Below are positions 47,290 to 57,615 of a DNA stretch of 64,000 nucleotides, one piece after another. The stretch covers positions 173,285-237,284 of the forward strand of contig PLXZ01000004.1 in the NCBI GenBank assembly GCA_003151615.1. Direction: 5' to 3'. This DNA comes from Candidatus Tayloriibacteriota bacterium. Its GTDB lineage: Bacteria; Patescibacteriota; Minisyncoccia; Phycocordibacterales; PALSA-1337. The stretch's first letter is position 1. Each line of letters starts with the position of its first letter. The position numbers and the translations under genes are program-made. The notes under the pieces were generated by a model. It saw only the letters and a list, made by a program, of their open reading frames with translations, was not told the DNA's origin and ran no database searches.

Positions 47290-49365
47290 TTATAGAAGAG
47301 TGTCCGGATCAATGTTGACTGTGACCGACGGAGGCAATGCGCGCAATGCGGCGGACAATTGCGCGTCGGGCCAATTCGGACGGGAAACAGTCGCGGAAAC
47401 GCGGGGAATCCGGATCAGTCCGTGAAGGACGAAATTGCCGCGGACGGTATGGGTGAAAGCCGGAAAAATGTCCACGGCGTAGGGCGCGCCGGTGTGCGAG
47501 GTCGAGATTTCCTCGAGCGTCTTTTTGATTGAAGTCATTTCCGCGACAATTTCGTCCTTTTTTCCTTCAAGCGTCAGCTTGATGAGCGTGCTGAACGGCG
47601 GATAGCTGAACGTCTTGCGTTCGGCCAGCGCCGCGCGGAAAAATTCGTTCAGGTTGCCTTTCATCGCATAGTCGAAAATTGCTTCGTCGCCTTTGCGGGT
47701 CTGGATTATGACTTCACTGCGGGCCAGGGCGCGGACGGACAAAAGGACATGCAGAATTTTTTCATGGATGCGAAAATCGGGAATGGAAAGAAGGGAATCG
47801 AGCGACACAATGACGGCATTCTCCACTTTTTCATGAAGATACGACAGCATCATTTCGGTGCCGAGAAGTATCGCGCTGGGCTGCGCGCGAAACGCGGCCA
47901 CGACGGCGTGCGCCTGTTTGTCGTTCGGCGTCGAGTCGGAGTCGATCTGAAACAGCTTCATATCGGGAAATTTGTCGCGGATTTTTTCGGCGACAAGGTC
48001 GATGCCGATGCCCACGGTCGCCAGTTTCCAGCTGCCGCAGTTTTTGCACGTTTCCTCGCTCGGCCGACGAGCGCCGCAGCGGTGACAGAGGAAGAAACTG
48101 CGGGCTTCGGTTGCGGGCGTGCCAGTTTTCCCGGCTTTTCCTGCAGCCGCCGCTTTGGCCGGAGCGCGGTGTAATACGACCGGTTTCGAACATTCGTTGC
48201 AGGTCACGATGGTTTGGCAGTCGGTGCACACGACCGAAGGCGAAACTCCGCGGCGCAAGGCGAACATGATCATGTGTTCATTATTTGCTTTGTTCTTTTT
48301 GATGAGCTCTTCCGCCGCCCCGGAAAATATTTTAAATTGGCCGCCGTTGGTTCCACCCGCGTTTCCGCTCGTTTTCCCCATTTCTTTTTTATGCGTGCGC
48401 ATGTCGACGAGAGTGTCGCGCGACGTGGCGAGCGTGCGGAATTTGAAGGGCGCGCCGGCAATGATTTCGTCTTCCGACTGGCGCCAGAGCGTTTCGACTG
48501 ACAAAAACATGTCGCCAAAAAACAGCGGGATGTTGCGTTCTTTTGCGTAGGTTTCAGCGACGCGCCGGATGTCAGCAAACGGACGGCGGAGTTGCTTCCA
48601 GCCGCGGCTGTTTTCCTTTTCGACAATGATGACGCCGATGTCCCTGCGCGGAATTGAAAGAAACGATCCGGTGGCCACCACAACGACGGGATGTTCCTCT
48701 TCCACGATTTTATTCCAGCTGTCGACGAGTCTTTTTTTGGAAAGGCCGGAATGGAGAATGTGCGCGTAGCCCTCGATGCCTTTTTCGATCAGTTCATAGG
48801 CGTGTTCAGCTTCCTCGGCGCTCGGCACCAGAAACAGGACTGATGATTTTCGGGCGAATTCCTGGCGGATCAGTCCGCGATAGCTGCCGTATCGTTCCTC
48901 GTCGTCGCCCTGAATGGCATGAACCTCGAAAAAGTTTTTCCGGTTTTTTGTCGCATCTTTTTCCTTGGCGGGCATGTCCGGCAAGACCAGTGTCGAAGTG
49001 GGCTCGGTCTTCAATTCCGACGATTTCGCCAGGATAATTTCCGGGACAAGCGCCGCGAGGGTGCTGCCGACGGTCGCGGCATAATATTCGGCGGTCTGCC
49101 GCGCGGTCGCCATGAATTCCTTCGTGAAAAACGGCCGGGCTTTTTTCGCTGATTCCGCCGGAATTTTTTTAAGCGAAAACGAAGCCTGCCTGAGGTCGCT
49201 TTTCAATTCTACCGCTTCGCGAACGGCAACAACCACGCCCTGAATGATTTTTTTGCGAACCGGCACGTCGATGACCGCGCCCAGCGCTATCGGCGCAGGA
49301 CAAAAATACGAGAGCGTTTCGGCTCCGGTTCCTCGCGCGATAGGGATGACTTCGATGATATACAT
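47290..49365 (-). CDS. priA: Primosomal protein N' (PriA) with degenerate ATPase motifs
   Basis: Overall PriA architecture with CxxC...CxxC...CxxC...CxxC zinc-binding domain (CTDCQTIVTCNECS...CHRCG...CKNCGS). Walker A replaced by HAIQGDDEERYGSY and DEEH box by VEKEN. def-fmt-priA synteny. Confidence 0.65.
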   Translation of the reverse strand: MYIIEVIPIARGTGAETLSYFCPAPIALGAVIDVPVRKKIIQGVVVAVREAVELKSDLRQASFSLKKIPAESAKKARPFFTKEFMATARQTAEYYAATVGSTLAALVPEIILAKSSELKTEPTSTLVLPDMPAKEKDATKNRKNFFEVHAIQGDDEERYGSYRGLIRQEFARKSSVLFLVPSAEEAEHAYELIEKGIEGYAHILHSGLSKKRLVDSWNKIVEEEHPVVVVATGSFLSIPRRDIGVIIVEKENSRGWKQLRRPFADIRRVAETYAKERNIPLFFGDMFLSVETLWRQSEDEIIAGAPFKFRTLATSRDTLVDMRTHKKEMGKTSGNAGGTNGGQFKIFSGAAEELIKKNKANNEHMIMFALRRGVSPSVVCTDCQTIVTCNECSKPVVLHRAPAKAAAAGKAGKTGTPATEARSFFLCHRCGARRPSEETCKNCGSWKLATVGIGIDLVAEKIRDKFPDMKLFQIDSDSTPNDKQAHAVVAAFRAQPSAILLGTEMMLSYLHEKVENAVIVSLDSLLSIPDFRIHEKILHVLLSVRALARSEVIIQTRKGDEAIFDYAMKGNLNEFFRAALAERKTFSYPPFSTLIKLTLEGKKDEIVAEMTSIKKTLEEISTSHTGAPYAVDIFPAFTHTVRGNFVLHGLIRIPRVSATVSRPNWPDAQLSAALRALPPSVTVNIDPDTLL

Positions 49366-49459
49366 ATATATGTGTGAATGCGCCCTGCTTCAAGCCGTCG
49401 CGCCGTTACATATACATTACAGGAAATGGAGGGTTTTACAAATGGTATAATAATTTCCG

Positions 49460-52400
49460 ATGCCATCGATTGAATCAGTGCCGGAAAGTCAGATCAAGCA
49501 CGTTGAGAAGGTGCCCGATTTTGACGCGCTTCAAACCGAAAAGGAAAAATTGTTTCGTGAGGCCGAAGAGGAGTCGATGCAATTTTCTGAAGATGAAAAA
49601 ATGGACGCTGTTTCCACGGTTTCTAATTATTCCGTAAAAGATGGATTTGAGCTTGCCCGAAGGCTTGGTTTGGATGGCAATCGTACGTTCCATGCCATGA
49701 CCTATGGAACCGTGGTCTATAAAAATAAGCCATTTTTTACGGCTTTCGATAATTATCTTGCCGCAAACGAAGGATATGCCGATAACAGCAATCATGAGAA
49801 ATCTGTCATGAGTGATGGGGTTGGGAGAATTCAGCGTGGGCTCGACAGCCAACTCGATGACGTCAAATTGTATATTGATCATTCAAAGAGACAGACTGGT
49901 TCACTCGGACCGAAAATCGATGAATATTACTCACATTTCATCCGCAATCGTCGCGTAAAAAGTCCCGAATTGCCGAACGACGGTCGCACACAAATCGAAC
50001 GGGTCGCCGAAGAGCATCTTCTGAGCGCGCAGGCGATACTCGAAGAAAGTTACTACACTGGGCCGGTGAGGGAATTTTTAGGTCTCGATGAAAAAGTTCT
50101 TGGTTGGGAAGAAAATGGAATACATGAAGGATATGGAGATAAAGGCGCGCAATTCAAACGAGATCTTCAGGTTGATGATTTATGGAAATTGAGAGGAAAT
50201 GTCATAGACAGACAATCGCTGGATGCCCTTTTCGAAACTAAAATAATGGGTGGATTGGACAAGAACGACCCGCGGCTTGAAAGTGTTTTAAAAAATGCCC
50301 GATACGCTCCTTCAAAAGTGGTCTTTGAAGAGCGCAAGCGTGGTGCCGAAAAGGGCTTGATAAAGCAAATTGAAGATTCCATGGTTGCACGCGGATTTAA
50401 AAAGGATGATTTTGAAATTACCTTGAATCAAGAAAAAGGGGAATATGAAGTGGTGAAGAAGGAAAAAGAGCAAGAGGAGGAAACAATAGAAGAAGTAGAG
50501 AACAAAGAAAATATGAAGCTGGTAAAAGAAATACCACGCGATATTAGTCTCAGTAAAGTAGATGCGAATTATCAAACTTACAGGACAATGGAAGACGAGG
50601 AAGATCCTCGATTCAATCAATTTCGTATAGATCAAGGTTCTTTTGGAGATTCCGGAGTGATCATGATTGATGGCGAACTGCATACACTATATAAGAGCCA
50701 TTACCTGTCTTCATTTTTCGTACGACCCGATGGGTCAAAATCCCGTATGTATTATCATGCTCATTCACCCCGCGAGGTTAATGGTAAGCTCGGATTTGAT
50801 TTTGCTCCAGATGCAACAATGCAGTCGTATCGAATGATGTTTGATAGTGAAGTTTTCGGAGATAAATATTGGCAACCTCGAGGTTATGATGCCGTCGAAC
50901 ATGAAGGCAAGCTATTTTACGTTGCGGAAGAAAAGGCAAGTGATTCAAGTCATAGTCATGCCTTGTTTAAGGGCGCATCTTGTTTGCGTGATTTTGGTCC
51001 GGGAGTGGCGATAGATGATTTTTTTGTTGGTCAGAAGGATATAGCTTGTGTTACTCGATCGTTAAGTGATAATAAGAAGAGAGAGGTTCAATTTATTACT
51101 CATAATGAGAAACTCGGACCTTATGACAACATAGAACTTTGTAAAAATTCAAAGGATGAATTGATTTTCTATGCCAAGAAAGGTGACGAACATTTTGTAT
51201 ACGTGGATGGAGTTGATGAGAAGATCGAATACAGTGGAGGTGCTATAAGTCAGATCTTATTGTGTAACGAGGAAATTTATTTACTTTGTAATGATGCTGA
51301 GAATGAAGAATTGGGTACTTCTGAATCATACCTTGGTGCAGGCATACATTTGGTAAAAGGGAAAAATTCCATATCTAATTTTATGGAAATTAATGGTGGT
51401 ATCTTTTATCTAAGATATTTTAAGGGGCGCGGTTTCCATGGGTATCCCGATAAAGTGAAGCAGTTTAGTTGGCAAAAAAACGGCGATGATCGTAGTTCAG
51501 ATTATTACCTAAAGAAAATAAATCTAACGGGAGTATATAACCAAGCTGTTGGTTTTCATGATACGTTATTTATTACTGACGATAAGAAAATTTTATCTCT
51601 CAAATATGGCGAAGAAAAATTTAAAGAAGTAACTTTTGACGGATACGTTAGACTGTCTCAGTCAGGCGGAAAGCTTTTTATACTTGAATCTTTGGAGGAT
51701 AAGGAGCGTGTTTGGGAATATTCTGAGGCAGGCGAAATTGAATTAAAAGAAAACGAAAAGCGTGATCTCGACCTCGCAAATGCTGTCGCCAAAGAAGACC
51801 TTGACACGATAAAAGAGTATTTTGCAAAATATTATCCGGAAGAGGCGGAAAAATCTCCGGCGGAACAGATTAAAGCAGGTTTGAAAGGAATGTTGGAACA
51901 GTCGGGCCGTTTTGTATCCGCAGTCAATCAAACGATCAAAGAAATGCCTGAATTGTTCATGGATACGTTTCGAGCGAAGGATGACAAGCCGACGGAGTAT
52001 CTCATGACCCAAATGTTCAATTATATGTTTCCGGAAACGCGGGCGAACAAGGAAAAAGCCCTGAAACAGGAAAACAAGAACAATCCGAATCGCCCGAATA
52101 TTTTTGGCGGAAGTAGAAAAGACGCCGCAGTTAATTATGATCCGGGTGTCGACCGCTTGGCTTCGGTTGATGAATCGGGTTATTACGAGATGATTAATGC
52201 GAACCGGGAAGTGCTGAAACTGCGCGAGCCATTGCCGGATTCGACTTTTATCGTCAGCGGCATATTCGGCAATCATACTGAAGGCGGCTGGGCTAAAGTC
52301 AACGTACCTATTTCACAGGAAATACAGGAACCGGCAAAAGAGACAACGTTTGAATTTGTCGATGAAAAATCAAGCCAGACCATCAATCTCCCGAGAATTG

Positions 52401-53635
52401 CCGGTTCTAAAATTATCACCGAACGTTTGAAAGGCGTGAATGCCAAGGATGCCGAAGTTCCGGTCAAGGTCATCGAGGAAAACAACCTTGGCGAAGTGCG
52501 CGTCGATAAGGGCAAAGATGCAAGACGCCTGGCATATTCGCAGTCGTTCAGTGAGGTGCCAAAAACAATGGCGGAAATTACCGAGAAAGATTATGAAAAA
52601 TTCAAAAAAGATTTTGAACGGAGTTTTGGCGACGTCATGACAAAGCCGATCGGTGACCTGGGCGACGAGCTTGACGTATTTGTCCGTGGTTTGAGGGATA
52701 AAAGCCCCCGCGAACAGGTGATAGCAATTCAGGAATTTTGCTATGAGTATGGATATTATAATGTTGATAAGCAAGTTCGTGACACTGACAGTTTCGAGGA
52801 ACGCTTGAGCATCATGGAGGGACGCATGGAGGAACTCAAAGAAAAAGATCCGAAACTTGCGCGTAAACTTTATGCCGGTATCTGCACTGACTTTGCCACA
52901 TTGACGACTGCGCTTTTGCGTAAGGCGGGTTTTGTTTCGGGTATTTCAACCGGCTATGTGCCTGAATCGGGAAGTACTGTTATTAAAAGCGACCGCGCGC
53001 ATGCCGTTTCATATGTTCTTTGGCCAAATCCCGAAAACAAGGACCGGAAACCCGATATGATTATTGTGGACGGTACACCGTCATCCATGACGCCCAAAAT
53101 AGTCGAACAGGAAAAAATTGCAAAAGAAGTTCATGGTGAGTCGGGCATCAATGCCGAAAAAGAAATGGCGGAACTGGAACGAATTTTGAAGACTATGGAC
53201 AGCGAGACGATTAAAAAAATGGAAAATGGCGTCCTAGAAAAAACATTGAATCAAATTCTGTACGGAGTGAAGCAGTCGCATGTTGATGTCATGGAGCGCG
53301 TTTTGAATGCTTCGCGATACGCAGGTTTTGATATCATTGAGATGACCAGAGGGAACGTCCAGGACCAAATTGAATTTAGGAAGTTCCTTGAAGAGGAAAT
53401 CTACAAGGAAAAAGGCGCCACCCATGAAAACAGGGAACGACGCGGCGAGGAGCTCTTTGAACTTATGCTCGACTTCACTAAAAGGTTTGAAAAAGACAAA
53501 GACGTGAAAAATAAAGCGGAAGTATTTGATATTTTGGAGAAAGTCTTTGATGTATCGGAGAAATATCTTGATCCTATCGAAGCGAGGAGTGCGGCTGCAA
53601 TCGTGACTTATTTGAGGGCGAAGAAAATGAGATAA
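49460..53635 (+). CDS. Giant protein (1391 aa) with C-terminal transglutaminase-like cysteine-protease domain
   Basis: LYAGICTDFATLTTALLRKAGF (Cys), AHAVSYV (His), IIVDGTP (Asp) in transglutaminase-core spacing. Long acidic/coiled N-terminal region. Confidence 0.55.
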   Translation: MPSIESVPESQIKHVEKVPDFDALQTEKEKLFREAEEESMQFSEDEKMDAVSTVSNYSVKDGFELARRLGLDGNRTFHAMTYGTVVYKNKPFFTAFDNYLAANEGYADNSNHEKSVMSDGVGRIQRGLDSQLDDVKLYIDHSKRQTGSLGPKIDEYYSHFIRNRRVKSPELPNDGRTQIERVAEEHLLSAQAILEESYYTGPVREFLGLDEKVLGWEENGIHEGYGDKGAQFKRDLQVDDLWKLRGNVIDRQSLDALFETKIMGGLDKNDPRLESVLKNARYAPSKVVFEERKRGAEKGLIKQIEDSMVARGFKKDDFEITLNQEKGEYEVVKKEKEQEEETIEEVENKENMKLVKEIPRDISLSKVDANYQTYRTMEDEEDPRFNQFRIDQGSFGDSGVIMIDGELHTLYKSHYLSSFFVRPDGSKSRMYYHAHSPREVNGKLGFDFAPDATMQSYRMMFDSEVFGDKYWQPRGYDAVEHEGKLFYVAEEKASDSSHSHALFKGASCLRDFGPGVAIDDFFVGQKDIACVTRSLSDNKKREVQFITHNEKLGPYDNIELCKNSKDELIFYAKKGDEHFVYVDGVDEKIEYSGGAISQILLCNEEIYLLCNDAENEELGTSESYLGAGIHLVKGKNSISNFMEINGGIFYLRYFKGRGFHGYPDKVKQFSWQKNGDDRSSDYYLKKINLTGVYNQAVGFHDTLFITDDKKILSLKYGEEKFKEVTFDGYVRLSQSGGKLFILESLEDKERVWEYSEAGEIELKENEKRDLDLANAVAKEDLDTIKEYFAKYYPEEAEKSPAEQIKAGLKGMLEQSGRFVSAVNQTIKEMPELFMDTFRAKDDKPTEYLMTQMFNYMFPETRANKEKALKQENKNNPNRPNIFGGSRKDAAVNYDPGVDRLASVDESGYYEMINANREVLKLREPLPDSTFIVSGIFGNHTEGGWAKVNVPISQEIQEPAKETTFEFVDEKSSQTINLPRIAGSKIITERLKGVNAKDAEVPVKVIEENNLGEVRVDKGKDARRLAYSQSFSEVPKTMAEITEKDYEKFKKDFERSFGDVMTKPIGDLGDELDVFVRGLRDKSPREQVIAIQEFCYEYGYYNVDKQVRDTDSFEERLSIMEGRMEELKEKDPKLARKLYAGICTDFATLTTALLRKAGFVSGISTGYVPESGSTVIKSDRAHAVSYVLWPNPENKDRKPDMIIVDGTPSSMTPKIVEQEKIAKEVHGESGINAEKEMAELERILKTMDSETIKKMENGVLEKTLNQILYGVKQSHVDVMERVLNASRYAGFDIIEMTRGNVQDQIEFRKFLEEEIYKEKGATHENRERRGEELFELMLDFTKRFEKDKDVKNKAEVFDILEKVFDVSEKYLDPIEARSAAAIVTYLRAKKMR

Positions 53636-53736
53636 TAAAAAGGTCCTACAAATTCCACTCGATTTTACAAATGGCGAGAAGACTTGTCCAAAGTTTTATT
53701 TTTGATTATTTATAATAAATGAAATTATAAGGTATA

Positions 53737-54786
53737 GTGTATGAATCTATGGAAAACATGCCCGAATTTAGAATGGTCGGCACCGATGACAAGGAAGCCA
53801 AGGCTGAAGCCAAGAAAGAGTCCGAAGATTATTTGGAGCGTCATGTAAGCTCGCTTTCCCCGGAAGAAAGGCAATTTTTTGAGAAATATGAAATTCCAAA
53901 AACGGAAGAGCAGAAATCCCTCATAGATTTTGCCAATGAGGAAACCAACAGATTACGCCAGGAAGGCGGATTGCCGCCCTATGTCGTGCCGACTGAAAAT
54001 TATCATATTCTCCCCACTGAAAAATATCGTGAAATGAACGGGCATGAAACCTCCGGGATAACAAGCTATATGAGCCAATCAGTCTGTTTCGATGCCGAAA
54101 AATTAGGTAAAAACATTCTTATGTTCGGTTCCACGGCTTTCCATGAGACTTTGCACCTCAAGGGACACACCTCGTTTGAAGTTGAAATCGAAGAAGATCC
54201 AAAGGAAAAAACGGAACATAGAATGAAATCAAATTATCGTGTGGGAGTTTCCGTAATTTCGTCCCAAAAAAAGATTCGCGATGAAGGGGAACAGCACCGT
54301 CATTTCAATGGTCTCAATGAGGCGATCATCGCGACTGAAGAAAAGAAATTACTTCCGAAACTTCTGGAACGTCCCGAAATTAAGAGTCGAGAGGAACTGC
54401 CGACATCTATTGAAAGAACGGCTATTCTTGAAAAATTTTGCGAGGCGGAAAAAATCTCCGTGGAGGAAATAATGGATTTTAAAATAGATGAAGAGGAAAA
54501 AGTCAGAAGCTATGTCGTTTTCCCTTATCTCCCCCAAAGAAAGGTTCTTTTGTATGTTTGCGCGGAAATCGCAAAGGATTTTCCGGAACAATATGGCGAT
54601 GCAGAGGCTGTGCGCAAAGAATTTACCAAAGCCCATTTTACCGGCCGGCTTTTGCCGCTGGCCCGTCTTACGGAAAGTGCGTTTGGAAAAGGAAGTTTTC
54701 GCATCCTTGGCGATATTGGAATTGATGAAAATAGTGGAATGTTGGGGTTAGAGGCGATGCAAAAGCTGAGAAATAAAAAATCTTAG
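53737..54786 (+). CDS. Hypothetical protein with HExxH zinc-metallopeptidase-like motif
   Basis: MFGSTAFHETLHLKGH. Immediately downstream of the transglutaminase giant gene. Confidence 0.4.
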   Translation: MYESMENMPEFRMVGTDDKEAKAEAKKESEDYLERHVSSLSPEERQFFEKYEIPKTEEQKSLIDFANEETNRLRQEGGLPPYVVPTENYHILPTEKYREMNGHETSGITSYMSQSVCFDAEKLGKNILMFGSTAFHETLHLKGHTSFEVEIEEDPKEKTEHRMKSNYRVGVSVISSQKKIRDEGEQHRHFNGLNEAIIATEEKKLLPKLLERPEIKSREELPTSIERTAILEKFCEAEKISVEEIMDFKIDEEEKVRSYVVFPYLPQRKVLLYVCAEIAKDFPEQYGDAEAVRKEFTKAHFTGRLLPLARLTESAFGKGSFRILGDIGIDENSGMLGLEAMQKLRNKKS

Positions 54787-54833
54787 TCTTTAGCCGTACT
54801 GTTCAGTGTCGTCTTTTCATTTTCGTAATGAGT

Positions 54834-56444
54834 TTACAAATCCCTGAACGTCTCTATTTTCGCGCCAATTTTATTGAGGCGTTCGGCAAGATCTTCGTAG
54901 CCGCGGTTGATGTTGTAGACGTTGCGCAAAACGGAAACGCCTTCGGCGGCGAGCATGGCGATCAGGATGATGACGGATGGGCGGAGGGCAGGAGGGCAGA
55001 CAACTTCGGTCGCCTTTAATTTCGTGGGGCCGGTGACATAAAAACGGTGCGGATCGGCGAGGATGGTTTCGGCGCGGAGTTTGTCCAGTTCCTTGTAATA
55101 AATAGCGCGCTCTTCGTAGGTCCAGTCGTGGATAAAGGTCTGACCTTCGGCCTGTGTTCCGATGACGGCGAAAAAAGGAAGATTGTCCATATTAATGCCG
55201 GGATATGGTTGCGCGTGAATTTTTTCTTCGAGCGCGACAAGTTTCGACGGTTTTGTGCGGATGTCGACGAGATTTGTTTCCCCATTTTCAGCCTTGTATC
55301 GCTTGACGATGGAATATTTGAAGCCCATTTTTTCGAGTTTCAAAAGTTCAAGTTCCAGAAAATCAATCGGACAGCGCTCGACGGTGATTTCCGATTTCGT
55401 GACGATGGCTGCGGCGAGGAGTGACATGGCTTCAATAGGATCCTCGGACAGGAAATATTCGACTGGCATGTTTATATCCGCGACGCCGTGGACCGTTAGT
55501 CGTGATGTTCCGATACCTTCGATTTTGACGCCGAGCTTTTGTAAGTAAAAACAAACGTCCTGTACCTGATAATTGGCAGATGCGAATTTTATCACCGTTG
55601 TTCCGGGTACGCCCGCTGCGGCAATGAGAACCGTTTCGGTGACGGTGTCGCCGGCTTCATAGAGGATGATTTCGTTTGGTCGCGAATCGCCGAAAATTTT
55701 CCCGAACGCATTTGCGCGGGAAGTTGATCTCGAGACTTCGTAATATTTCGAAGTCGTTTCAATGCCGATGCCGAGCTTTTCCAGTGCATAGAAGTAAGGC
55801 TTTACCGTCCGCGAACCGAGACGGCAACCGCCAGCCTGCGGAAATTTGAATGAATTGAGCTGATGGACAAGTCCGCCGATCATGATGATGCAACTTCGCG
55901 TTTTAGCCGCGGATTCATAATTGATTTTGTTGAGAGTGAATTTTGCAGGAGGTTTAATTTCGAGGTCAAAACGGTCCTTGCCCGCGCCGCTTTTGTCGGT
56001 GCTTTCTTTCCATGAAATTTTAACGCCGATAGATTCGAGAACTTCGATGAGGCGGTTTACTTCTTCGATTCGCGGCACATTTCGCACGGTCGTCACTCCT
56101 TTGTTCAAAAGGGAAGCGCAGAGAATACCGACGGCACCGTTTTTAGAGGTGCGCACCGCGATTCTGCCGGAAAGCTTCCGTCCGCCGGTGATTCTGAAAT
56201 TGACCGTGCCTCCGCGCGCGATCGAAACAATCTCATGATCGAGGGCCGCGCTGATTTTCGATAGTGTTTCCGTCGACAGGTTCTGCTCGCCCTTTTCGAT
56301 GCGCGCCACGACCGACTGCGTCGTGCCGATTTTTTTCGCCAACGCCTCCTGGCTCATGCCGCGGTCCTCCCGCAGCCGCGTGATCAGATTGCCGATGTGA
56401 GTCAGTGCCTTGTCTGCGGTATGCGCGGTGTCTGTCATGTTCAT
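54834..56444 (-). CDS. murA: UDP-N-acetylglucosamine 1-carboxyvinyltransferase fused to an N-terminal XRE-type HTH domain
   Basis: HTH: LITRLREDRGMSQEALAKKIGTTQSVVARIEKGEQNLSTETL. MurA/EPSP-synthase fold blocks follow (RITGGRKLSGRIAVRTSKNGAVGILCASLL..., C-terminal LRPSVIILIAMLAAEGVSVLRNVYNINRGYE). Start may be 56528. Confidence 0.65.
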   Translation of the reverse strand: MNMTDTAHTADKALTHIGNLITRLREDRGMSQEALAKKIGTTQSVVARIEKGEQNLSTETLSKISAALDHEIVSIARGGTVNFRITGGRKLSGRIAVRTSKNGAVGILCASLLNKGVTTVRNVPRIEEVNRLIEVLESIGVKISWKESTDKSGAGKDRFDLEIKPPAKFTLNKINYESAAKTRSCIIMIGGLVHQLNSFKFPQAGGCRLGSRTVKPYFYALEKLGIGIETTSKYYEVSRSTSRANAFGKIFGDSRPNEIILYEAGDTVTETVLIAAAGVPGTTVIKFASANYQVQDVCFYLQKLGVKIEGIGTSRLTVHGVADINMPVEYFLSEDPIEAMSLLAAAIVTKSEITVERCPIDFLELELLKLEKMGFKYSIVKRYKAENGETNLVDIRTKPSKLVALEEKIHAQPYPGINMDNLPFFAVIGTQAEGQTFIHDWTYEERAIYYKELDKLRAETILADPHRFYVTGPTKLKATEVVCPPALRPSVIILIAMLAAEGVSVLRNVYNINRGYEDLAERLNKIGAKIETFRDL

Positions 56445-56591
56445 GTTGGATAATATAGCATATACGCTATATATGTAAAATTTCAAAATTGTGGATAACT
56501 GGCGGTGGAATCTCTCAATAGGCGGCATTTTTTATTCTTTCTTTAGAACATTTTGAATGTTTCTCTATCGCCGCTTTGCTATGGTTGGCGG

Positions 56592-57005
56592 ATGAAACGA
56601 AAAAGTGAATTAAAACAAATTAACTCTCTGATTGCCTATTATTTTGGCCTTCCGAAAGGCCATCGTATTTCGCATCCAAACATAAAAATGTTTATAGATG
56701 ATGCCGTTCGCATCTCCCGACGGGCGATCAAGCATATTGTCGAGGAAAGAAGAGACGATACATACACCATTGCCCAAATACAGGGTATGTTTACAAAAAT
56801 TTTAGAGACAGTTCACAATCCCGATTTTTCAATCTCCAACAACAATAAAAAATATCCCGGCAGTTTTATGACGGTAAAATCATATCAAAAATTAAATAAT
56901 ATGCTCGTGGTCGTTCAAAACAAGAACTCTTCCGGAGTCGCAATCATTACGGTCTTTTTCAGACAATACCGGCATTACAAAAAAATGAAAGCTAAATCTC
57001 AATAA
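56592..57005 (+). CDS. Hypothetical protein
   Basis: ORF 56553..57005. Internal Met MKRKSELKQ preferred. Confidence 0.35.
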   Translation: MKRKSELKQINSLIAYYFGLPKGHRISHPNIKMFIDDAVRISRRAIKHIVEERRDDTYTIAQIQGMFTKILETVHNPDFSISNNNKKYPGSFMTVKSYQKLNNMLVVVQNKNSSGVAIITVFFRQYRHYKKMKAKSQ

Positions 57006-57213
57006 TCTGTTTCTGGAAGGTCGGCATCCCGTTTCCAGGTATCCTTCATCTATCATCTACCGAAGTAGAAGTCCGCAGTAGTCGCCTTTCTGCTGTCAGA
57101 AACAGGTTATTAGTATCTAGCTTTTCAAGCCTCACTGGGTTTAAGTATAAAGGAGAATTTTCGAAAGTCAAGAAATTGTTGAGCATACGCTTTTTATTTG
57201 TTACACTTTTGCC

Positions 57214-57601
57214 ATGAATCCGGAATTTCCAAAAGAAAGCATGTTCGGCGATGCGCATACACTTACGATGGGAGGCGTTGAGTATGATGTCTACAAATTA
57301 ATTGATATTGCCAAACACATGGAAACTGTAGAAATCAAAGTGGCCGATATTAAAAATCAGGTGTTGGAAGAACAATGTTGGACTGACAGCGATGCAAATA
57401 AATTTTCCCGAATGGATTGACCACATCAACAAAACAAAAAATGCCGACTATAGTTATCCGATTCTCATGCTCAAAAATGAAGTAATTGACGGAATGCATC
57501 GACTCATTAAGGCGATTACGGACAAGGTTGATACTATACTCGCAAAAGTCATGGACGAACTGCCGAAAGAGGTGATTTATATTTCGAAAAAGCAGGGGTG
57601 A
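57214..57601 (+). pseudogene. Possible frameshifted gene (two overlapping ORFs 57214..57420 and 57392..57601) encoding a ParB/Srx-like DGxHR protein
   Basis: The two ORFs overlap by 29 nt in different frames. The second contains IDGMHRLIKA, reminiscent of the ParB-like nuclease motif. Could be a frameshift, a sequencing error or genuine overlap. Confidence 0.3.
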
Positions 57602-57615
57602 AAAAACTCTTTAAA

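Noticed and set aside
47749-49152. Multiple 60-140-aa ORFs on both strands inside priA
   Set aside because: GC-rich region generates long antisense and alternative-frame ORFs. Arg/Pro/Ala-rich translations are typical of shadow frames.
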